The notes under the pieces are model-generated. The model saw only the letters and a program-made list of their open reading frames with translations, was not told where the DNA came from and ran no database searches. A stretch of DNA of 64,000 nt. Origin: an uncultured marine group III euryarchaeote (lineage in GTDB: Archaea > Thermoplasmatota > Poseidoniia > MGIII > CG-Epi1). The first letter of the stretch is position 1; every line of letters starts with the position of its first letter. Position numbers and translations under genes: made by a program. Below are positions 57,815 to 64,000 of the stretch, piece by piece. The DNA lies in the NCBI GenBank assembly GCA_902627615.1, contig CACOJW010000005.1, forward strand, positions 32,774-96,773. The letters are read 5' to 3'.

Positions 57815-58266
57815 ATACCTGTGCATTTTTCACTCAAATCCATCCTGATGGAAAAATTGCAACCACAAAAGGAATTGATGAAGAAATCTTGAACAAGCAG
57901 AGCAAACAGTATTACTCTAACCTTAAGACTAAAGGATTAAAGATAATTGAACCAAATAAAAATTCAATAGATTATATTAAAGAAAAAGCTAAGGAAACGG
58001 GAGATTTAGACGTTCTATCGTTAACAGATATCAAAATACTAGCCTTAGGCTACGAACTTCAAGGTACTATAATCTCAGATGATTTCGCGATACAAAATGT
58101 CTCATTGTACGATGGTCTAGAGATAATATCATGCAGTGGAAAGAAAATAAAAGAAATTAGAAAATGGAAATATAGATGCTCGGCATGCAAATTAGTGACA
58201 GACGAAAAAAGTGAAACCTGTAATATTTGTGGAAGTGTCGATATTTTTAGAGTTAAAGCAAAATAA
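57772..58266 (+). CDS. PIN-domain endonuclease with C-terminal zinc ribbon (Nob1-like)
   Basis: 'ILDTCAFF', 'LSLTDIKILALGYEL', 'IISDDFAIQNV' and 'CSACKLVTDEKSETCNICG'. The exact non-ATG start is uncertain, since the ORF overlaps the end of the preceding gene. Confidence 0.6.
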   Translation: MEGGYLQADVWNILDTCAFFTQIHPDGKIATTKGIDEEILNKQSKQYYSNLKTKGLKIIEPNKNSIDYIKEKAKETGDLDVLSLTDIKILALGYELQGTIISDDFAIQNVSLYDGLEIISCSGKKIKEIRKWKYRCSACKLVTDEKSETCNICGSVDIFRVKAK

Positions 58267-58924
58267 ATCCATCACCGTCCAAAACCGGAACGATAGAGTG
58301 TGAATCAATTCTCATACAGAATCTAAAATCATTCTCTAAACCTGCACTCTCTAACATTTGGTAACTAGGAGAAGACATACACTCGCTAGTTATCTCATCG
58401 AAACTTAAGCGGAAATCTGAATCACTACTAAATTTGTGCTGAAGATACTCGGCACACAGCGTATCTTCAACCACTTTCTCTCCCAATCTACCGGAACAAA
58501 CAATAGATATATTCATAGATTTACTCTTCATAAAATCAACAACTGCATTTGAATTACAAAAACTACCCATTACAACTAGAGGTGACTTTGAAGATGCTAC
58601 AACCATTCTGGACCCGTTAGTTGTACTCGATAAGATAATCTTACCATTTAGAGTAGCCTTTGACATCTCTTCAGGTGAAGAACCTAGATCATAGCCTGCT
58701 ATTTTCTTACATAATCTTTCCCCTGATTTCAAAGCATCTGGATAAATTCTCATCTTTTCATCCAAATGATCTCTGCTAGAACAAGGAACAATTCTTGTAG
58801 CTCCACTCGCAAAGGCATTCACATATGTTGTTGAAGCTCTAATTGTGTCTACTATTATTATTGCATCATTACGCGAAACAGCTAGTTTTGCACCATCAAT
58901 GCCATGCTCAATCTTTACTTCCAT
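58253..58924 (-). CDS. comB: 2-phosphosulfolactate phosphatase
   Basis: 'AIIIVDTIRASTTYVNAFASGATRIVPC' fits the ComB N-terminal signature. It lies 5 nt downstream of comA. Confidence 0.75.
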   Translation of the reverse strand: MEVKIEHGIDGAKLAVSRNDAIIIVDTIRASTTYVNAFASGATRIVPCSSRDHLDEKMRIYPDALKSGERLCKKIAGYDLGSSPEEMSKATLNGKIILSSTTNGSRMVVASSKSPLVVMGSFCNSNAVVDFMKSKSMNISIVCSGRLGEKVVEDTLCAEYLQHKFSSDSDFRLSFDEITSECMSSPSYQMLESAGLENDFRFCMRIDSHSIVPVLDGDGFILL

Positions 58925-58929
58925 CGATT

Positions 58930-59745
58930 TTACTTACGGCCCTGCTTTTTCAAGTGTCTATCAACTATGACAAAGAAATCATCCATTGTATCTCCTCTCA
59001 AACCCCTTCTAAGCGTTTCGACAGAAATTACATCAGTTGGATGTATATTACCCAGATTAGTTTCAGGACCGAATTTCTTTAAGAAAAAGACCTGCTGTGA
59101 CTTTCTTGGAGACTCAAATATTACTTTAGAAGGATCTATCTCATCTAAAATCTCTTTGAGTTTTAATTCTTGTGGTTTACCCTCATCGTCCATTACACCT
59201 ACACTAACTCCAGATTCCCTAGCCTCTAGAATAACTTTTTCAGCGCCAGCATCCAAATATTTTTTCATCAACCTGTTATATTCTTGTGAACTGAAGTCTT
59301 TCTCTGGTAGTTTCTTACCAACCTCACAAAAGACACGAAGATTACGAGACTTGGCACTCTGAATTAAATCAACAACTCTATCTGAATCTATGTTCAAACT
59401 TCCACTTGATATCTCTGTTGAGTCACAGCCCAGATTTACTAATTCGTCAAATAAAGTCTCTGCCTTATCTTGGTGCTCAGACAATTCCAATAAAGTACCT
59501 CCATTACAAACTGAAATATCATACGATCTTAACAATTCAATTTTTGTCTTGACCAAATCAGATGATTGTAATTGTGTTGTTGCCCATCCCAGTTTCCATA
59601 GATCCACATATTCTGAGCATAAAGAAAGCAAATCCTTGGTGTAATCTAGACCCATACCCTGATCCAAACACATAGTCATTCCATTGACTCTAGGTTTACC
59701 AGATCTCTCGGGCATATCCAAAAATGAAAAAGCTTTTTCAGGCAT
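58930..59745 (-). CDS. comA: (2R)-phospho-3-sulfolactate synthase
   Basis: Collinear with ComA/YitD: 'RSGKPRVNGMTMCLDQG', 'AGAEKVILEARESG', 'IFESPRKSQQVFF', 'VETLRRGLRGDTM'. Confidence 0.85.
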   Translation of the reverse strand: MPEKAFSFLDMPERSGKPRVNGMTMCLDQGMGLDYTKDLLSLCSEYVDLWKLGWATTQLQSSDLVKTKIELLRSYDISVCNGGTLLELSEHQDKAETLFDELVNLGCDSTEISSGSLNIDSDRVVDLIQSAKSRNLRVFCEVGKKLPEKDFSSQEYNRLMKKYLDAGAEKVILEARESGVSVGVMDDEGKPQELKLKEILDEIDPSKVIFESPRKSQQVFFLKKFGPETNLGNIHPTDVISVETLRRGLRGDTMDDFFVIVDRHLKKQGRK

Positions 59746-60323
59746 TATATCTCTAACTCCGGTGCATCTACTAACATTGCACTCAAGCCACCAATAATAT
59801 CTTTCACGTTAATTCCTTTATTCTTCAGAAAGGATGCTGCAGCCATTGATTTATGACCATTACCACAATAAAGAACATCATTTTCATTAATACTCGTGTA
59901 ATCTGTAATTATACCTACTAAAGGAAAACTTTTCACACCTTTGACATGTAAAACTTCCCAATCTTCAGCATTACTCACATCCTTCATTGTACCAACAAAA
60001 TTATGGGCCTCCTTGGCCTTGACTCTAGTAATTGAATGCATGTTTCCATTCCATAAATCAAAATTAAAGGTAGAAATATCTTTGAATCCTTCAGACTCTA
60101 ACCTCAATATAGATTCTCCCTCTCTTCCTACCTCACAAATAACTATCAAATGCTTTTCTTTATCAAATATACAACTAGCCATGTATTCGTAAGAACCATT
60201 CAAACTAGCGTTTACTGAATTAGGTACAAACGAAGATGCAAAATCGTTTGTTGGTCTACTATCTATCAATTGAGAATCTTCGGTCTGAAGAACTTTGAAC
60301 TTTTCTAGAGATAAGCTAGCCAT
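59745..60323 (-). CDS. Tandem rhodanese-domain sulfurtransferase
   Basis: Active-site loop 'YCGNGHKSMAAASFL' in the second domain and a 'ICEVGRE' loop in the first. 1-nt overlap with comA. Confidence 0.6.
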   Translation of the reverse strand: MASLSLEKFKVLQTEDSQLIDSRPTNDFASSFVPNSVNASLNGSYEYMASCIFDKEKHLIVICEVGREGESILRLESEGFKDISTFNFDLWNGNMHSITRVKAKEAHNFVGTMKDVSNAEDWEVLHVKGVKSFPLVGIITDYTSINENDVLYCGNGHKSMAAASFLKNKGINVKDIIGGLSAMLVDAPELEI

Positions 60324-60358
60324 TGAACTAGGTTCAGAGTTTGTATATTTAAAATATA

Positions 60359-61372
60359 CTAAAAATCACCCAAAGTAAATTGTCTGGCTTTGGGCTTTGC
60401 TTCTAAATAAAGATCTAAAGCAGTCTTAACTCTTGCTCTGTTAAATGCAAAATCATCGCAAAGGAAAGATATTACTGACTCTGCATCAGGAGGATTCCAT
60501 TCTGGTGTAAAATCAACAAAAGGATGATCTAAAAATAATGACCGTATTTCATCTAAATTCTCAATCTTTTTACCAAGTTTCTCAAGAGCACCTTCTGCTT
60601 TGCCAAATTCTTGTATCAATTTTAAACCTCTTTTTGGGCCGATACCATCAATTCCTGGATTGAAATCAGTACCCATTAATATTGCAACATCAATCAATTG
60701 TTCTCTGTTAAGCTTCAAAAGCTGAAAAGACCTTTCTAAATCAATAATCTCTGGAGAAACTTCGACCCATTTTTGCTGCTTAGGCAATTTACGTCTCCCT
60801 GAAAGTGTCAAATTACGCACGAATTTTGAGGCACCGAATAATACAGTATCAAAATCTTGCGAAGCCCCGTAATCTACCATTCCTTGATTCAAAAGTGATG
60901 CTACTTGCGCCTCCCCTTCGCTAGGGGCCTCTACCCATGGTACACCTAATAAATCAAGTAATTTCTTTGACTCATCAATCATATGAGGCTCTAATCTAGT
61001 CGTTTGCTGAGCCTTAGTTCTAGCAGTTTCAGTATCTCCAGCTTCAATTGCAGCTTCCCATTCAATCTGAGCCTTTAATTTCCTTTGTTTTCTTTCCTCT
61101 AAAATGCTCATTTTTAATGCTGGAGGCTTCCCATCAAAAACAATACAAAGCCTCAAACCATTCTCAACTAATTTTGAGAATCTAAAGAGAATTCCACTGA
61201 GATGGCTAGTAACACGACCTTCCGTATCTGTAAGTAAACTTCCATCTGCCTGTCTAATACTTGTCAAGAATTGATATAAAACATTAAATCCATCAATAGC
61301 TATTCTTTGACCACTTAATTCTTCAATTTTTATCCTTCGAGTTTCAAGAAGTGGACCTAATTGTATTCCCAT
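60359..61372 (-). CDS. fen: Flap endonuclease 1
   Basis: 'MGIQLGPLL...IAIDGFNVLYQFL', 'APSEGEAQ', an H3TH region and a C-terminal PIP-like 'QFTLGDF'. Confidence 0.92.
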   Translation of the reverse strand: MGIQLGPLLETRRIKIEELSGQRIAIDGFNVLYQFLTSIRQADGSLLTDTEGRVTSHLSGILFRFSKLVENGLRLCIVFDGKPPALKMSILEERKQRKLKAQIEWEAAIEAGDTETARTKAQQTTRLEPHMIDESKKLLDLLGVPWVEAPSEGEAQVASLLNQGMVDYGASQDFDTVLFGASKFVRNLTLSGRRKLPKQQKWVEVSPEIIDLERSFQLLKLNREQLIDVAILMGTDFNPGIDGIGPKRGLKLIQEFGKAEGALEKLGKKIENLDEIRSLFLDHPFVDFTPEWNPPDAESVISFLCDDFAFNRARVKTALDLYLEAKPKARQFTLGDF

Positions 61373-62817
61373 TAACCCTTCACAACTCCCATCGGTTTCA
61401 ATTTGACAACTTTATTTGCAATTCCTGTAGCGTGACAAACATCAACGACCTCTGAAACATCTTTGTAAGCGCCTGGAGCTTCCTCTGAAGCTACTCTCGG
61501 AGATCTAGCCCGAACATATACTCGGTTCTTTTTCCAAAGCTGCTTAACTAAATTAGTTGAATTATATTTCTTCAAAGCAGCCTTTCTTCCTAATGCCCTA
61601 CCTGCGCCATGACATGTAGAACCAAATGTCTGCTCCATAGCTCCAGAAGTTCCCGATAAAACATAACTCGAAGTTCCCATATCTCCCGGAACAATCACTG
61701 GCTGCCCGAAAGACCTGTACTTTTGAGGAATGTCTGGTGACTCTGGACCAAATGCTCTAGTTGCTCCTTTGCGATGAACACATAATTCCTCACTTCCATG
61801 CTTTTCAATTTTAGCTATATTATGAGAAACATCATACACCGTATCCATCCCTAAACTTTTGCCATCTCCCCCAAAAACGTGGGAAAATGCCTTTCTAGTA
61901 GCATAGGATATTAATGATCTGTTAGTCCAAGCAAAATTTGCAGCTGCTGACATAGCACCTAAATATTCTTGAGCTTCTTTAGTATGCAAAGGGGCCGATG
62001 CTAATTGCTTGTCAGGCAAATCAAGACCTTCCCTCTTACTTGCTTTCAAAACACATTCTAAATGATCTTGACATACTTGGTGACCACATCCTCTAGATCC
62101 GGTGTGCATCATAACTACTGCTTGACCTTCGAAAAGACCAAAGGCCTTTGCAGCTTCTTCATCGAACACTTCATCAACTTTTTGCACCTCAAGAAAATGA
62201 TTCCCACTACCCAGAGAGCCTACCTGCTTACGCCCCCTCGTTCTTGCATAGTGAGAAACGTGCTCAGGGACTGCACTATCGATACAACCATTTTCCTCAA
62301 GAACCTCTAAATCACTCTCCCACAGATATCCATTTTCTTCTGCCCATTTAGAACCAATTGAAAGCACAGATTCTAATTCTCGATCTGAAAGAGTAATTTT
62401 ACCTTTAGATCCTAAGCCGGCTGGAACTTGCTTATACAACTCATCAATTATTTCTTTTTGCTTAGAACGAATATCTGTCTCTAATAAATCAGTTCTAAGA
62501 AGTCTAACTCCGCAATTGATGTCAAAGCCTACACCGCCTGGAGATATTACGCCAACATCTTCTTTGCTGGAAGTAGTTCTAAAAGCTGCCACTCCTCCTA
62601 TGGGAAAACCATAACCCCAATGAATGTCAGGCATTGCCATACTTGCATCAACTATGCCTGGTAACTCCGCAACATTTGCAACTTGCTTCACTGCGGATTC
62701 CATGCCTGGATGGGACAAAAGAGATTCCGAGGAATATATTCTCCCCGGCACATTCATTTTGCCTTTTTTAGGCAATTCATAGATGTTTTCTCTTTTTGGA
62801 ATTAACTCGTCAATCAT
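61372..62817 (-). CDS. rtcB: RNA-splicing ligase RtcB
   Basis: 'DIHWGYGFPIGG', 'GVGFDINCG', 'GSGNHFLE', 'HTGSRG', 'CHGAGR'. 481 aa, no intein. Confidence 0.95.
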   Translation of the reverse strand: MIDELIPKRENIYELPKKGKMNVPGRIYSSESLLSHPGMESAVKQVANVAELPGIVDASMAMPDIHWGYGFPIGGVAAFRTTSSKEDVGVISPGGVGFDINCGVRLLRTDLLETDIRSKQKEIIDELYKQVPAGLGSKGKITLSDRELESVLSIGSKWAEENGYLWESDLEVLEENGCIDSAVPEHVSHYARTRGRKQVGSLGSGNHFLEVQKVDEVFDEEAAKAFGLFEGQAVVMMHTGSRGCGHQVCQDHLECVLKASKREGLDLPDKQLASAPLHTKEAQEYLGAMSAAANFAWTNRSLISYATRKAFSHVFGGDGKSLGMDTVYDVSHNIAKIEKHGSEELCVHRKGATRAFGPESPDIPQKYRSFGQPVIVPGDMGTSSYVLSGTSGAMEQTFGSTCHGAGRALGRKAALKKYNSTNLVKQLWKKNRVYVRARSPRVASEEAPGAYKDVSEVVDVCHATGIANKVVKLKPMGVVKG

Positions 62818-63224
62818 GAAATCGGCTCTTCAACTGGTTCATACTTAGAGGGACAGCCCATTTGTACTTTGTCTGCCTTAAGAACCATTTCACCGTCAAC
62901 TAATTGAATTACACCTGTAAAAGTTGCCCCTTTATCTTCTGCAAAAGTATCTGGAAGCATCAATGAGGATATATCTACTTTTATTGAATGATTACCGTCT
63001 ACTAGCAAACAATCATTAATCTTTAACTCTGAAATAGTTCCATGAATTTGTAAATTTGAGCCCTCACCATATTTACCAGATATGGCCTCCTCCACTGAAA
63101 CATAAGTTGATTGTTCCGTAACTGTCAATGAAACTACTATCCCTGTAATTACTAGAACTGAAAATGCCAATAGACCCTTTGCCCATGATGACCAAGGTGC
63201 TCTAGTTCTCCTTTCCATGTCCAT
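62814..63224 (-). CDS. ccmE: Cytochrome c maturation heme chaperone CcmE, CxxxY variant
   Basis: N-terminal anchor 'LLAFSVLVITGIVVSL', OB-fold-like core 'LPDTFAEDKGATFTGVI' and 'GCPSKY' (62841-62855) in place of the bacterial HxxxY heme-binding motif. Confidence 0.7.
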   Translation of the reverse strand: MDMERRTRAPWSSWAKGLLAFSVLVITGIVVSLTVTEQSTYVSVEEAISGKYGEGSNLQIHGTISELKINDCLLVDGNHSIKVDISSLMLPDTFAEDKGATFTGVIQLVDGEMVLKADKVQMGCPSKYEPVEEPIS

Positions 63225-63758
63225 TTATGCTCCTTCTCTACCATTCACTTTTTGAAATTTATTTGATAAATATATAACGTATGAACCTAGACCAATCCAA
63301 AATACTGTCATACCACCCCAAAGGTAAATCATATCTTCTGCTGGAGCTTTATTGATGTGAATTTTTAGAACAAATGAACTAGTTAAATTACCATTTTCAT
63401 CTGTAACATTCACAAACAAGGATTTGTGAAACTCCTCTTCTGAAAATGTAGAACCGGGAAAGCTGATTGAATTATTCTTTTGTTGACTTTCTGGATATTC
63501 ATCTCTATCCTCTAAATGTGCCTCTCTTTTCAAACCCTTCTCAAACTCAAAAATAAAATTCCAATACCCTTCCATATTATTCCCTTCCAGGATTAAAAAC
63601 CAATTTGTCCCTGTTTCAAAGACCGAATCATAGTAAAACGTAAATTGTCCACCATTATCAAACTCGTAGGATTCAGGCATACAATTTTTATCCCTACACT
63701 CTGCTGAAACTGAACCTACCAGCAATGAAATTGTAACTAATATACAAATAAGCCTCAT
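63225..63758 (-). CDS. Signal-peptide protein with C-terminal TM helix, in the ccmD position
   Basis: Located between ccmC and ccmE with 0-nt and 4-nt junctions. The C-terminal 'MIYLWGGMTVFWIGLGSYVIYL' resembles a CcmD helix. The ~140-aa N-terminal domain is unrecognised. Confidence 0.4.
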   Translation of the reverse strand: MRLICILVTISLLVGSVSAECRDKNCMPESYEFDNGGQFTFYYDSVFETGTNWFLILEGNNMEGYWNFIFEFEKGLKREAHLEDRDEYPESQQKNNSISFPGSTFSEEEFHKSLFVNVTDENGNLTSSFVLKIHINKAPAEDMIYLWGGMTVFWIGLGSYVIYLSNKFQKVNGREGA

Positions 63759-64000
63759 GCATTCTCCATCTTATTTTTTAATATTAATTTTTCAAGGTTT
63801 TCAATTTTCATACGTAACTGAAATAAAAATATATAAATCAATAGAAAAGAGAACAATCCTGCATACAAACCTATTCTAAGTGAAGGGTCCAAGCTGCCTT
63901 GATCCTCAGTTCCTACTATAACGGGATGATGTGATCGCAAAAATCTTGAAGATAGATACGATAAAGGAACCATAATCATTCCTGATAATCCTAAAATTGC
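63755..64000 (-). CDS. ccmC: Heme exporter/cytochrome c assembly protein CcmC, C-terminal fragment (runs off the window)
   Basis: The frame is open to nt 64000. 'SRFLRSHHPV...SLDPSLRIGL...FLLIYIFLFQLRM' parallels the CcmC C-terminus ('WWNTLHQG...IDPAMR...LLMRMR'). Confidence 0.6.
   Translation of the reverse strand, partial: AILGLSGMIMVPLSYLSSRFLRSHHPVIVGTEDQGSLDPSLRIGLYAGLFSFLLIYIFLFQLRMKIENLEKLILKNKMENA

Noticed and set aside
57043-59644. Antisense ORFs inside the geranylgeranyl reductase and comB/comA genes (57043..57474, 57506..57697, 58843..59082, 58904..59362, 59390..59644).
   Set aside because: They lie opposite ORFs with strong family signatures and have no motifs of their own.

Overview
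AT-rich, gene-dense archaeal chromosome segment. Archaeal FEN1, RtcB, Nob1-like PIN/zinc-ribbon endonuclease, a PriS-like primase, geranylgeranyl reductase, a CxxxY-type CcmE and a signal-peptide proteorhodopsin point to a marine planktonic Thermoplasmatota (Marine Group II / Poseidoniales-like) genome; this taxon call is inference only. I support about 64 CDS and one tRNA-Lys(CUU). I saw no rRNA, CRISPR array or transposase. Ordinary content: a MacB/FtsX-type ABC pair, SufS, MscS, SOD, GdhA, PepC, TatC, a GlmS/GlmU-like pair, an M20 amidohydrolase, photolyase, glycosyltransferases and ccm genes. The most unusual part is nt ~14.5-31.3 kb. It is a tightly packed block of about 16 uncharacterised genes in four transcription units: a STAND-like NTPase divergent from a HerA/VirB4-like ATPase fused to a polytopic membrane domain, two tandem DUF805-like membrane paralogues, a PriS-like primase with a C-terminal extension, a SHOCT-tailed protein, an SPFH-like protein with a hyper-charged tail, two TerB-like proteins flanking a Kv-type channel, a 'CFIATAAYG'-box protein and a Cys-rich membrane protein. 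Three unrelated proteins in this block share a C-terminal 'DSVIxKSxIG' peptide. I cannot match the block to any named system. Other points worth a second look: a eukaryote-like D-amino-acid oxidase operon next to an AlkB-type hydroxylase; comA-comB plus rhodanese in a non-methanogen context; a membrane-tethered double-wHTH protein beside a PrsW protease; a hyaluronan/chitin-synthase-like GT2 near a tyrosine recombinase; and a blue-tuned (Q105-equivalent) proteorhodopsin. All functional calls come from motif recognition by eye. No searches were run.
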